Of a stretch of 64,000 nt of DNA, positions 8,416 through 18,239 are shown piece after piece; the stretch's first letter is position 1, and each line of letters starts with the position of its first letter. Origin of the DNA: Deltaproteobacteria bacterium (GTDB lineage Bacteria; Desulfobacterota; Desulfuromonadia; Desulfuromonadales; JAAYDE01). The stretch is taken from NCBI GenBank assembly GCA_012729375.1, contig JAAYDE010000053.1, positions 31,941-95,940 on the forward strand, in the 5' to 3' direction. The position numbers were made by a program, and so were the translations under genes. Below the pieces are notes generated by a model, which worked only from the letters and a program-made list of their open reading frames with translations, ran no database searches and was not told where the DNA came from.

Positions 8416-11085
8416 TCAAATGTTACTTTCATCCCTCAGTGCGCCGTGGGCCGCCGCCAGCCGGGCGATGGGCACCCGGAAGGGTGAACAGGAGACGTAA
8501 TCGAGACCGATCTTGTGGAAAAAGATGACGCTCTCCGGCTCGCCGCCGTGTTCGCCGCAGACCCCGATCTTGATGTCGGGGCGGGTGAGGCGCGCCCGTT
8601 CGCAGCCGATCTTGACCATTTCGCCGACGCCGATCTGATCGATGCTGATGAAGGGGTCGTGGTCGTAGATCTCGTGGTTGACATAGAAGGGGAGGAAGTC
8701 GCCGGAGTCGTCGCGGGAGAGGCCGAAAGTGGTCTGGGTCAGGTCGTTGGTGCCGAAGGAGAAGAATTCGGCGTCCTCGGCGATACGGTCGGCGATGAGG
8801 CAGGTGCGGGGCAGTTCCACGCAGGCGCCGACGGAATAGGTGAGTTTGACGCCATAGCGTTCGATGACTTCTGCGGCGACCTTGTCGGCCTTTTCCTTGA
8901 GCAGGTGCATCTCGTTGTAGGTGGCGACCAGGGGCATCATGATCTCCGGCACCACGGTAAAGCCGTTGTTTTTGGTCAGTTCACAGGCGGCCTCGATGAT
9001 GGCCTGGACCTGCATGTCGTAGATTTCCGGGAAAGTGATGCCGAGTCGGCAGCCGCGGTGGCCGAGCATCGGATTGCTTTCGTGGAGGTGTTCGGCTATC
9101 GCCCTGACCCGCGGCAGGGGCATTCCCATGATTTCGGCGAGCTCTTCCATCTCCTTCTCTCCCTGGGGGAGGAACTCGTTGAGGGGCGGATCAAGGAGGC
9201 GGATCATGACCGGCAGATCCTTCATCTCGACGAAAATGTCGTAATAATCCTGGCGCTGCATGGGGAGGATTTTGGCCAGAGCCTTCTGCCGTCCTTCCAG
9301 GTTGTCGGCCATGATCATCTCGCGCATGGCGCGGATGCGCTCTTCCTCGAAGAACATATGCTCGGTGCGCACCAGGCCGATTCCCTCGGCACCGAATTCG
9401 CGTGCGACGCGGGCGTCTTTCGGGGTGTCGGCGTTGGCGCGGACGCCTATTTTCCGGTATTTGTCCACCCATGCCATGAGCGCGGCGAAGTCGCCGGAAA
9501 CTTCCGGCTGCACCGTCGGCACGGCGCCCCGCATCACCTCGCCGGTGGCGCCGTCGAGGGTGATGATGTCCCCCTGTTTGAAGACATCCCCCTTGCGGTT
9601 GGTGAACTGCCTGGCCTGGTAATCGACCTTGATGTCGCCGCAGCCGACGACACAGCATTTGCCCATGCCGCGGGTGACGACGGCGGCGTGGGAGGTCATG
9701 CCGCCGCGGGAAGTGAGGATTCCCTGGGCGGCGTGCATGCCGTGGATATCCTCGGGGCTGGTCTCCATGCGCACGAGGATGACCTTGCGCCCTTTTCCCG
9801 CCTCGGTCTCGGCTTCGTCGGCGGAGAAGACGATGGCGCCGCTGACCGCTCCCGGAGAGGCCGGCAGCCCTTTGGCAATGATCTCCTTGGCGGCCTTGGG
9901 ATCCAGGGAGGGATGAAGGAGCTGGTCGAGCTGGTTGGGGGATACCCGCAGCACCGCTTCCTTCTCCGAAATCAGCCCTTCTTTGACCATGTCGACGGCG
10001 ATCTTGATGGCCGCCCGGGCGGTCCGTTTCCCGTTGCGGGTCTGCAGCATGAAGAGTTTTCCCTTTTCGATGGTGAACTCGATATCCTGCATGTCCCGGT
10101 AATGTTTTTCCAGCAAATCCTTGATCTGTACCAGCTGGGCGTAGCTTTCCGGCATCACCTCTTCCAGCGAGGGGAGGTGGCTCTCGTTGCCGTCCTTGTT
10201 GATCGGCTGGGGAGTGCGGATGCCGGCCACCACGTCCTCGCCCTGGGCGTTGACCAGGAACTCGCCGTAGAAGTATTTGGCGCCGGTGGCCGGGTCACGG
10301 GTGAAGGCGACGCCGGTGGCGCAGTCGTTGCCCAGATTGCCGAAGACCATGGCCTGGACGTTGACCGCGGTGCCCCAGTCGGCGGGGATGTTGTTGAGTT
10401 TGCGGTAGGTGATGGCGCGCTGGTTCATCCACGAGCCGAATACCGCCCCGACCGCCCCCCAAAGCTGCTCGAAGGGATCGGTGGGGAAGTCGCGGCCGAG
10501 GGTTTCCTTGACCTTGGCCTTGAAGAGCTCTACCAGTTTTTTGAGGTCGTCGGCGCTCAAATCGGTGTCGAGATGGATCCCTTTCCGCTCTTTGCATTCT
10601 TCGAGGATGTTTTCCAGCAGATCCCGATCCACTCCCATAACCACGTCGGCGTACATCTGGATGAAGCGGCGGTAGGAATCGTAAGCGAAGCGCGGATCCT
10701 TGGTCAGTTTGATCAGTCCCTGTATGGTTTCGTCGTTGAGGCCGAGGTTGAGTACCGTGTCCATCATCCCCGGCATGGAAGCGCGGGCGCCGGAGCGGAC
10801 CGAGACCAGCAGGGGATTTTGCGGATTGCCGAATTCCTTGCCCATCAGTTTTTCCACTCTGGCCAGGTTTTCCTTGACCTCACCCTCCAGGCCGCTTGGG
10901 TAGTTGCGGTTGTTTTTGTAGAACTCGGTGCAGACCTCGGTGGTGATGGTGAAGCCGGGAGGGACGGGCAGGCCGATGGCGGTCATCTCCGCCAGATTGG
11001 CTCCTTTGCCGCCGAGAAGGTTCTTCATGCCGCTGTTGCCGTCGGCTTTGCCGTCACCGAAGAAGTAGACGAATTTGCTAGCCAT
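8416..11085 (-). CDS. ppdK: pyruvate, phosphate dikinase
   Basis: 889 aa starting MASKFVYFFGDGKADG..GGKGANLAEM, with the phosphohistidine region GGMTSHAAVV and a PEP-utilising C-terminal domain. Confidence 0.97.
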   Translation of the reverse strand: MASKFVYFFGDGKADGNSGMKNLLGGKGANLAEMTAIGLPVPPGFTITTEVCTEFYKNNRNYPSGLEGEVKENLARVEKLMGKEFGNPQNPLLVSVRSGARASMPGMMDTVLNLGLNDETIQGLIKLTKDPRFAYDSYRRFIQMYADVVMGVDRDLLENILEECKERKGIHLDTDLSADDLKKLVELFKAKVKETLGRDFPTDPFEQLWGAVGAVFGSWMNQRAITYRKLNNIPADWGTAVNVQAMVFGNLGNDCATGVAFTRDPATGAKYFYGEFLVNAQGEDVVAGIRTPQPINKDGNESHLPSLEEVMPESYAQLVQIKDLLEKHYRDMQDIEFTIEKGKLFMLQTRNGKRTARAAIKIAVDMVKEGLISEKEAVLRVSPNQLDQLLHPSLDPKAAKEIIAKGLPASPGAVSGAIVFSADEAETEAGKGRKVILVRMETSPEDIHGMHAAQGILTSRGGMTSHAAVVTRGMGKCCVVGCGDIKVDYQARQFTNRKGDVFKQGDIITLDGATGEVMRGAVPTVQPEVSGDFAALMAWVDKYRKIGVRANADTPKDARVAREFGAEGIGLVRTEHMFFEEERIRAMREMIMADNLEGRQKALAKILPMQRQDYYDIFVEMKDLPVMIRLLDPPLNEFLPQGEKEMEELAEIMGMPLPRVRAIAEHLHESNPMLGHRGCRLGITFPEIYDMQVQAIIEAACELTKNNGFTVVPEIMMPLVATYNEMHLLKEKADKVAAEVIERYGVKLTYSVGACVELPRTCLIADRIAEDAEFFSFGTNDLTQTTFGLSRDDSGDFLPFYVNHEIYDHDPFISIDQIGVGEMVKIGCERARLTRPDIKIGVCGEHGGEPESVIFFHKIGLDYVSCSPFRVPIARLAAAHGALRDESNI

Positions 11086-11148
11086 GATGTTTTCCTCCTG
11101 AAAGATACTGAAAACCGTAGCGATTTATTCGCAGTGAAACTTTTGTCG

Positions 11149-13224
11149 TCACTCGGAGATCTTGGAAAAATCGGCGATTCCTGCGAACAGACGGGCCACC
11201 GAGGTGAGCAGAGCCAGGCGGTTGGTGCGCAGCCGCTCATCGGGATCCATGACCAGAACCTCGTCGAAGAAGGAATCGACCGCCGGACGCAGAGCGGCGA
11301 TCATTTCCAGGGCCGCCGGATAATCCCCCTGGCGCCGCCGGGCGGCGACCTTTTCCTGGACCTCCGCGACTGCTTGCTGGAGGCGTTGTTCCGAGGGCGC
11401 GTTCAGCAGGGCGGTGGATACGGGTGCCGTCACCCCGTCCTTGATGATGTTGACCACCCGCTTGAAGGCGACGGCCAGCGGTTCGAAGTCCTTGGCTTGT
11501 TTCATTCCGGCCAGGGCCTCGACCCGCTTCAGGGCGTCGACAGGCTGATCAAAGGAAGCACCCAGAACGGCATTGACGATATCCGGGGGATGCCCCTGGG
11601 AGGTGAGGATGTGGAGGAAACGCAAGCGCAGGAATTCGATGACATCCTGTTCCACCTCGGCAGCGGAACGCTGCAGCTTGTCTTTGAGCAAATCGAGGGA
11701 TTGGCCGACGAGGAGGCGCAGGGAGAGGGGAAACCCCTGGGCGAGGATGATGTTGAGGATGCCGATGGCGCCGCGGCGCAGGGCGAAGGGATCGGCGGTG
11801 CCGGTAGGAATCAGGCCGACGCCGAAACAGCCGCACAGGGTGTCGATCTTGTCGGCGATGGAGACGAAGCTCCCCAGCGGTCCGCTGGGCAGTTCGCCGC
11901 CGGCCTGGGTGGGCAGATAGTGCTCGTAGATCGCGGTGGCGATTGCCGGCGCTTCCCCTTCCAGAAGGGCGTATTCCCGGCCCATGATCCCCTGCAGTTC
12001 AGGGAATTCGTAGACCATCAGTGTTTCCAGATCGCATTTGCAGAGCAGCGCCGTCCGTTCCGCGGCTGCCGCCAGCTCCGGAGCGAAGCGGTCGGCGAGG
12101 CCAACGGACAGTTCGCGGATGCGCATCACCTTTTCATGGCTGGTCCCCAGTCTGGCCTGGAAAACCACGTTCTTGAGCAGGTCGAGGCGGCTTTCCAGGC
12201 GGGTTTTCTGGTCTTCCTTCCAGAAGAACATGGCGTCCGCGAGGCGCGCCCTCAGCACCCGTTCGTTGCCGCGCCGCACCACGTCGGGATCCTTGGCCGA
12301 GGTGTTGGCGATGGTAATGAAATGGGGGAGGAGTTTCCCGTCGGCCCCGGTGAGGGTGAAGTAGCGCTGGTTTTCCCTCATGGTGGTGATGAGCAGTTCC
12401 CTGGGGAGCTGCAGGTATTTTTCCTCGAAGGAACCACAGACGGCGCTGGGAAATTCGACCAGATGGGCGACCTCTTCCAGCAGGTCCTCATCCCTGTTGA
12501 TGCGCCCCTGCAGGCGGAGGGCCGTGGCGTCGATGTCCCGGCGGATGATTTCCTTGCGTTTTTCCGGTTCGGGAAGGACGAAACGCTTTTCCGCTTCGCG
12601 CAGGTATTCTTCCACTCCGGAAACGGCGAACGGCTCGGGGGCCATGAAGCGGTGCCCCCGGGAGATATTGCCGCTCTCCAGTTCGCCGAAGCGCAAAGGA
12701 ACCACCTCACCGTCGAAGAGGGCGACGAGCCAGTGCACCGGACGGGCGAAACGGACGTCCAGATCCTTCCAGCGCATCGATTTCTTAAAGGGGATGGCGT
12801 TGATGACACGAGTCAGGATGTCGGGCAGGAGCCCTTTCACGTCCTGTCCTTCCACCACTTTGGCGATGTGGAGGTAGGCCCCTTTGGGGGTTTGGACGAT
12901 CTTCAGTTCGGAAACCTCGACGTTGTTGGTCTTGGCGAAGCCGAGGGCCGCCTTGGTGGGGTTGCCCTGATCATCGAAGGCGATTTTCGCCGGCGGTCCG
13001 GAGATGGACAGCTCCTGGCGCTGCTGGCGCCGGGCCACCCCTGCCGCGGCCACGGCCAGGCGGCGCGGGGTGGCGAAGGTGCGCATCGTTGTAAAGGGGA
13101 TGCGGGCCGTCTCGAACTCCTTGCGGAGCAGCTCTTCGAGGCTTTTCCGGGCGGGGGGGAGAAAACCGGCGGGGATCTCTTCGGTTCCGATCTCAAGGAA
13201 TAGTTCTGCGGACATGCGACTCAA
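11149..13224 (-). CDS. glyS: glycine--tRNA ligase beta subunit
   Basis: 691 aa starting LFLEIGTEEIPAGFL, immediately downstream of glyQ. Confidence 0.95.
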   Translation of the reverse strand: MSRMSAELFLEIGTEEIPAGFLPPARKSLEELLRKEFETARIPFTTMRTFATPRRLAVAAAGVARRQQRQELSISGPPAKIAFDDQGNPTKAALGFAKTNNVEVSELKIVQTPKGAYLHIAKVVEGQDVKGLLPDILTRVINAIPFKKSMRWKDLDVRFARPVHWLVALFDGEVVPLRFGELESGNISRGHRFMAPEPFAVSGVEEYLREAEKRFVLPEPEKRKEIIRRDIDATALRLQGRINRDEDLLEEVAHLVEFPSAVCGSFEEKYLQLPRELLITTMRENQRYFTLTGADGKLLPHFITIANTSAKDPDVVRRGNERVLRARLADAMFFWKEDQKTRLESRLDLLKNVVFQARLGTSHEKVMRIRELSVGLADRFAPELAAAAERTALLCKCDLETLMVYEFPELQGIMGREYALLEGEAPAIATAIYEHYLPTQAGGELPSGPLGSFVSIADKIDTLCGCFGVGLIPTGTADPFALRRGAIGILNIILAQGFPLSLRLLVGQSLDLLKDKLQRSAAEVEQDVIEFLRLRFLHILTSQGHPPDIVNAVLGASFDQPVDALKRVEALAGMKQAKDFEPLAVAFKRVVNIIKDGVTAPVSTALLNAPSEQRLQQAVAEVQEKVAARRRQGDYPAALEMIAALRPAVDSFFDEVLVMDPDERLRTNRLALLTSVARLFAGIADFSKISE

Positions 13225-13266
13225 TTCATGTTTAATGGATTGGCGCCACCGCTGCCGGGGATCTTG

Positions 13267-14136
13267 TCATTCCCGGATCAGGGGAAAGCCGAGCTTTTCC
13301 CTTTGGGCGACATATCCTTCGGCGCAGAGGCGGGCCAGGTTGCGTACCCGGCCGATATAATTGGCCCGTTCGGTCACCGAAATGGCGCCGCGGGCATCGA
13401 GCAGGTTGAAGGAATGGGAGCATTTGAGCACGAAATCGTAGGCCGGAAAGACCAGTTGCCGCCGGGCGAGACGCATGCATTCCTGTTCGTACATGTCGAA
13501 CAACTGAAAAAGCATGGCGGTATCGGCTTCTTCAAAGTTGTAGGTGGAAAATTCCACCTCGGTCTGATGGTGGATGTCGCCGTAGCGGATGCCCTCAACC
13601 CATTCCAGGTCGTAGACGTTGTCCACCCCCTGCAGGTACATGGCGATCCGTTCGCAGCCGTAGGTGATTTCCGAGGCGACCGGTTTCAGATCAATGCCGC
13701 CGGCCTGCTGGAAATAGGTGAACTGGGTGATCTCCATGCCGTCCAGCCACACCTCCCAGCCTAATCCCCAGGCTCCCAGAGTGGGCGATTCCCAGTCATC
13801 CTCGACAAAGCGGATGTCGTGGTCGGCGGGGTTGAGGCCGAAGCTTTTCAGGGAGTCGAGGTAGAGATCCTGAATGTTCAGGGGGGAGGGCTTCATGATG
13901 ACCTGGAACTGGTAGTAGTGCTGGAGGCGGTTGGGGTTTTCTCCGTAGCGGCCATCGGTGGGGCGCCGCGAGGGCTCGACGTAAGCTACCTTCCACGGCT
14001 CCGGGCCGAGAACGCGAAGAAAGGTCGCCGGATTGAAGGTTCCCGCCCCCTTTTCCATATCGTAGGGCTGCTGGATGACACAGCCCTGTTTCGCCCAATA
14101 GTACTGAAGAGCCAGGATCAGGTCTTGAAAGGTCAC
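13267..14136 (-). CDS. glyQ: glycine--tRNA ligase alpha subunit
   Basis: 289 aa starting [26 protein letters not shown], the highly conserved GlyQ N-terminus. Confidence 0.97.
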   Translation of the reverse strand: MTFQDLILALQYYWAKQGCVIQQPYDMEKGAGTFNPATFLRVLGPEPWKVAYVEPSRRPTDGRYGENPNRLQHYYQFQVIMKPSPLNIQDLYLDSLKSFGLNPADHDIRFVEDDWESPTLGAWGLGWEVWLDGMEITQFTYFQQAGGIDLKPVASEITYGCERIAMYLQGVDNVYDLEWVEGIRYGDIHHQTEVEFSTYNFEEADTAMLFQLFDMYEQECMRLARRQLVFPAYDFVLKCSHSFNLLDARGAISVTERANYIGRVRNLARLCAEGYVAQREKLGFPLIRE

Positions 14137-14295
14137 GATTCCTCGGGTTGACGGCGTTTGCGGTGGAATGCGCAGCGCCGGGTAAGATTGAAATGGAATA
14201 ATTCTTGGTGGTTCCGAGACAAGTGTAAAGTAAGTATCGTTTTTCCCTCATTATGTCAAGGAGAAAGAGCTTTGATTTCAGCAGGTAATGGGGCT

Positions 14296-15042
14296 TCAGG
14301 AACGGTCCGGCGTGAGCAGGGAGAGGGATTTGGGCAGGGTTTGAAGGTGGTGGCGGAGCAGCAGAGAAACGAGGATTCCCGCCTCTTCCAGAGTTCGCGG
14401 ACTGAAGCGGAATCCGGCGAAAAGGGTCGGCCGGGTACGCAGGGAGCGGGCCAGGGAGCCAAGGGTGGGCAGACTGATCGACGGGGTGTGGTCGCTGGCA
14501 GCGCAGCGGCGGCAAAGGGCGCCGCCGGGAATATCGAGGGGGACGGTTTGCTCACCTAACGGGCCGCCGCAGCGGCAACAGTTGGTGAGGTGCGGGGCGT
14601 AGCCGGACAGGGAAAGGAGACGCAGTTCCATGAGCAACCGCGTTTCGGGAGTGGCTGGCTGTGTGTCGAGATAGGCCAGAAAGGCGCGCACCACCGCGAA
14701 GACCTCCGGGCAGGGCTGTTCTTCTGCGCACAGTCCTTCGACCAGCTCACAGCCGTAGGAGGCCAGGGCGACGACCTCCAGGTCGCGGCGCAGCTCCAGG
14801 TGAAGATTACCCCCCTCGGCCTCCTGGAGATCTACCAGGGTTCCCCGCTGCGGTTGCCGCCAGCACAGCACCGTCTCGGCCAGGGGCTCAAGGGCGGCGC
14901 CGAAACGCTTACGGCTGGTCCGCGCCGAACGGGCGAAGCCCTTAAGAAGGCCGTGGTCGCGGCTAAGGAAGGTGACGATCCGGTCGGCTTCTCCGTAGGC
15001 CAGGCAGCGGAGGATGATGGCCGGGCCGGTGACCGGGTTCAT
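14296..15042 (-). CDS. recO: DNA repair protein RecO
   Basis: 248 aa with the N-terminal OB-fold pattern (AIILRCLAYGEADRIVTFL) and a CxxC...CxxC zinc motif. It overlaps the mgtE stop by 4 nt. Confidence 0.9.
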   Translation of the reverse strand: MNPVTGPAIILRCLAYGEADRIVTFLSRDHGLLKGFARSARTSRKRFGAALEPLAETVLCWRQPQRGTLVDLQEAEGGNLHLELRRDLEVVALASYGCELVEGLCAEEQPCPEVFAVVRAFLAYLDTQPATPETRLLMELRLLSLSGYAPHLTNCCRCGGPLGEQTVPLDIPGGALCRRCAASDHTPSISLPTLGSLARSLRTRPTLFAGFRFSPRTLEEAGILVSLLLRHHLQTLPKSLSLLTPDRS

Positions 15043-16400
15043 GGCCGCAGATAGGTGATGAACAGGGTGGCGGTGGCGAAATAAATGAGAATGCCGGTGA
15101 TGTCGTTGGCGGTCTGCACGAAAGGCATGGAGGCGATGGCCGGGTCAACGCCCAACTTCTTGAAAAAAGCCGGCGCCAGCACGCCCATGGTGGCGGCTAC
15201 GGTCATGGCCGTGGTCATGGCCAGGCCCACCACCAGGCCGAGATAGAGGTTGCCGTGCCAGAAATAGGCGACCACCCCGAGGGTCAGGCCGCACACCACC
15301 CCCATGATCAGGCCGACCCGGATCTCCTTGAACAGCACCTTGGTCAAGGTCGAGGAATCAATACGGCCGGTGGCGAAGCCGCGCACCACGATGGTCGCCG
15401 ACTGACCGCCGACGTTGCCGCCCATGCCGGTGATGACGGGAATGAAGGTGACCAGGGCGAGGATCTCCTGGAGGGTGACCTTGAACAGCCACATCAGGTA
15501 GCCGGTGACCATGCCGCCGAAGAGGTTGGTGATCAGCCAGGGCAGACGCAGGCGGGCGATTTTGAAGGATTTGAAGGTATGGAAAGCTTCCTCCTCGCTG
15601 GCCCCGGCCATCTTGTAGATGTCCTCGGTGGCTTCCTGGCGCATGACGTCGATGACGTCATCCACGGTGATGATCCCCATCAGCTTGTTGGACTCGTCGA
15701 CGACGGGAACGGCAAGAATGTTGTATTTGGCCACCAGGTGGGCCACTTCCTCCTGATCCATGTCAGTGCGCACGCTGATCACGTCGGTGATCATGATATC
15801 CTTGAGCTTGGTGTGAGGCGGCACCGTCAGCAGCTGGCGCAGGGAGAGCACACCGACCAGATGCTTGTGCTCGTTGGTGACGTAGATGTAGAAGACCATC
15901 TCGACGTTTTCGGCCGATTTCTGCAATTCTTCGATCGCTTCACGGACGGTCAGGTTCTCGTTGAGAGAAAAGATCTCCGTCGACATGATGCCGCCGGCGG
16001 TATCCTCGTCGTAGCGCAGCAGCTGTTCGATCTCCTCCGAGTGCTCGTCCTGCATGATGCTGAGGATCTCTTCGGCCAGCTCCTCGGGCATGTTGCGGAT
16101 GATGTCGACGGCGTCATCGTAGGGCATTTCCTGGAGGATTTCGGTGATCGCCTCCTTGTCGATTTCCTGCAGCAGGCGGGCACCGGTGCTGTGGTCGATC
16201 TCGGAAAGCACATAGGCGGCGGTTTCCGCGTTTTCGATGAGATTGAAGAGCACCCGCTGTTCCTTGGGCTCCAGATAGCGGAACAGGGCGGCGATATCGG
16301 CGGGATGGGTCTTGTCGATAACCTTGGTCAGGTTGGGGTAGGCACCGCGGCGAACCAGCTTTCTGACCGTGTCGAGGAGAATCTGCAGTTTCTGATCCAT
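15039..16400 (-). CDS. mgtE: magnesium transporter MgtE
   Basis: 453 aa with an N-domain, tandem CBS domains and a C-terminal five-TM domain ending in the PFVQTANDITG motif. Confidence 0.95.
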   Translation of the reverse strand: MDQKLQILLDTVRKLVRRGAYPNLTKVIDKTHPADIAALFRYLEPKEQRVLFNLIENAETAAYVLSEIDHSTGARLLQEIDKEAITEILQEMPYDDAVDIIRNMPEELAEEILSIMQDEHSEEIEQLLRYDEDTAGGIMSTEIFSLNENLTVREAIEELQKSAENVEMVFYIYVTNEHKHLVGVLSLRQLLTVPPHTKLKDIMITDVISVRTDMDQEEVAHLVAKYNILAVPVVDESNKLMGIITVDDVIDVMRQEATEDIYKMAGASEEEAFHTFKSFKIARLRLPWLITNLFGGMVTGYLMWLFKVTLQEILALVTFIPVITGMGGNVGGQSATIVVRGFATGRIDSSTLTKVLFKEIRVGLIMGVVCGLTLGVVAYFWHGNLYLGLVVGLAMTTAMTVAATMGVLAPAFFKKLGVDPAIASMPFVQTANDITGILIYFATATLFITYLRP

Positions 16401-16466
16401 GGCACGCTTCTCCTTCCACGCAAAAAGTTTAAAACAGGGAATTCTAGGACCCTCACTTTTTTATTG

Positions 16467-17039
16467 TCAACGTTTTTCCGGCACGGCGGGCATAAAACGG
16501 GAACCGGGGCCGGGAGGGGAAGCGGCAGGGGCCGTGGGTGAAGCGGGAGGACCGCTTTCTTTCCGCTCCGCTTCAGGGGTGTAGATGAAACGCCAGTCGG
16601 CATAACTCTTCGCTGCGGCGAAATCCCGGTAGCGGTCCGGAAACCCCTCTTTTTTGAAAGGGGCCTTGTCGCTGCCGCTGCACACGCCGATGATCTTGCC
16701 GGTGGCGTCGCGGATTGTCTCCCATTCCTTGCCGGTCATGGGATCGGTATAGAGCTTGCGCAGATGGCGGACCTTGTGAAGGGCGCGGGGATCCTTGAGC
16801 AGATCCTCCAGGCGGGAAGGAAAGGTGTTGGTCCGGCCGACGTCGTTTCCCTGGAAATAGCTGCCGATGGCACGGCGGTACTGATCCCCCCGATAATAGA
16901 GCTCTTCTTCCTTGGCCCGCTGGCTGATGGTCTGCCAGGTGGTGCCGGCCACGCCGGCACCGAGGCCGACGGCCACCACCATGAACAGGGCCACCAGCAG
17001 CGTGGCGCCGTTTTGATTGTTGAGGGGGGTCATTAACAC
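16467..17039 (-). CDS. pseudopilin-like (type II secretion/type IV pilin-like) protein with a degenerate N-terminal motif
   Basis: The N-terminus NGATLLVALFMVVAVGLGAGVAGTTWQTISQRAKEEELYYRGDQYRRAI resembles GspG-like pseudopilins but lacks the Glu+5. The C-terminus is Pro/Ala-rich. Confidence 0.5.
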   Translation of the reverse strand: MLMTPLNNQNGATLLVALFMVVAVGLGAGVAGTTWQTISQRAKEEELYYRGDQYRRAIGSYFQGNDVGRTNTFPSRLEDLLKDPRALHKVRHLRKLYTDPMTGKEWETIRDATGKIIGVCSGSDKAPFKKEGFPDRYRDFAAAKSYADWRFIYTPEAERKESGPPASPTAPAASPPGPGSRFMPAVPEKR

Positions 17040-17222
17040 TTTGTCACCGAGGCAACCGTGGCAGTTGGGCGAAACCAGAAAGGGTCGAACCGCCGGCCGA
17101 AAAATCGCTTGCTAAGGGATGATACCGCAGTGACGGCGCGCCCACAACGGGCAACCGCGCAGCGGATCAGGCAATCGTGTACAATGAATATTCAGCCGTC
17201 CCTTCTTCCAAGGAGCAGAAAA

Positions 17223-18206
17223 ATGAAAACCGTGGTCACTCTGGTCATGGCCGGGACACTGCTTTTCTGTGGTTTCGACGTCCCCGGGGCGGAACATCCC
17301 CGACAGGGTTTTGTTGCCTGGCTGAAAGATTTCCGCGGCGAAGCCCTCGGCGCCGGCATTTCCGCGGAAACCCTCGCTATCGCTCTGGACGGCCTTCGGG
17401 AACCTGTGGCGGAGGTCATTCAGCGGGACCGCCGGCAGCCTGAGGTGAACTGGTCCCTGACCGATTATGTGGCTGCCGTGGTCAGCGAGGAGCGGATCGA
17501 AACGGGGCGCCGGATGATGAAACGCTACCCGACCTGGCTGGGACGGGTTGAAAAAAGGTATGGCGTGCCGAGACGTTTTCTAATGGCTCTTTGGGGAATT
17601 GAGAGTCGCTATGGGGAACATACGGGCAATTTTCCTGTCATCGCCTCGTTGGCGACCCTGGCCCATGAAGGGCGGCGGGGCGCTTTTTTCCGCGGCGAGT
17701 TGTTCGATGCCCTGCGCATTATTGATGAAGGCCATATCCCCTTTTCGGAGATGAAAGGGTCTTGGGCCGGGGCCATGGGTCAATGCCAGTTCATGCCTTC
17801 ATCTTTTCGCCGTTTTGCGGTAGATGCCGATGGTGATGGCCGCACCGATATCTGGAGTTCGGTTCCCGATGTTTTTGCCTCCGCGGCCAATTATCTGATC
17901 CGGGCCGGGTGGAAGAAAGGAGAAACCTGGGGGCGGCCGGTAACGCTTCCGCCACGGTTCGATCTCTCCCTGGCCGGGCTGGAAAACCGTCTTCCCCTGT
18001 CACAGTGGCGCTCTCTGGGGGTTAAAAAAGGGGATGGACGCACCCTGCCCCGCAGCGGAATAGCGGCTTCGCTGCTTCTTCCCGACGGCCCCGGGGGCCC
18101 AGCCTTCCTGGTTTACCACAACTTCCGCGTGCTGCTGGCCTGGAATCGTTCCAACGCCTTTGCCGTAGCTGTCGGCACCCTGGCCGACCGGCTGGACGGA
18201 GGCTAG
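17223..18206 (+). CDS. lytic murein transglycosylase (MltB/Slt35 family)
   Basis: LWGIESRYG catalytic-Glu motif and CQFMPSSF. Start moved to ATG 17223 (MKTVVTLVMAG signal peptide) within ORF 17058..18206. Confidence 0.85.
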   Translation: MKTVVTLVMAGTLLFCGFDVPGAEHPRQGFVAWLKDFRGEALGAGISAETLAIALDGLREPVAEVIQRDRRQPEVNWSLTDYVAAVVSEERIETGRRMMKRYPTWLGRVEKRYGVPRRFLMALWGIESRYGEHTGNFPVIASLATLAHEGRRGAFFRGELFDALRIIDEGHIPFSEMKGSWAGAMGQCQFMPSSFRRFAVDADGDGRTDIWSSVPDVFASAANYLIRAGWKKGETWGRPVTLPPRFDLSLAGLENRLPLSQWRSLGVKKGDGRTLPRSGIAASLLLPDGPGGPAFLVYHNFRVLLAWNRSNAFAVAVGTLADRLDGG

Positions 18207-18239
18207 GGAGAATCAGACAATATCCCCTCTCTGCGATGT

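Noticed and set aside
8515-13203. A 1562-aa ORF on the plus strand spanning the whole ppdK-glyS region.
   Set aside because: It is exactly antisense to two confidently identified genes. Its translation is low-complexity (runs of G, A, D, V, E, L) with no recognisable motif. Stop-free antisense frames are expected in GC-rich genes with strong codon bias, so this is a shadow ORF, not a giant protein.
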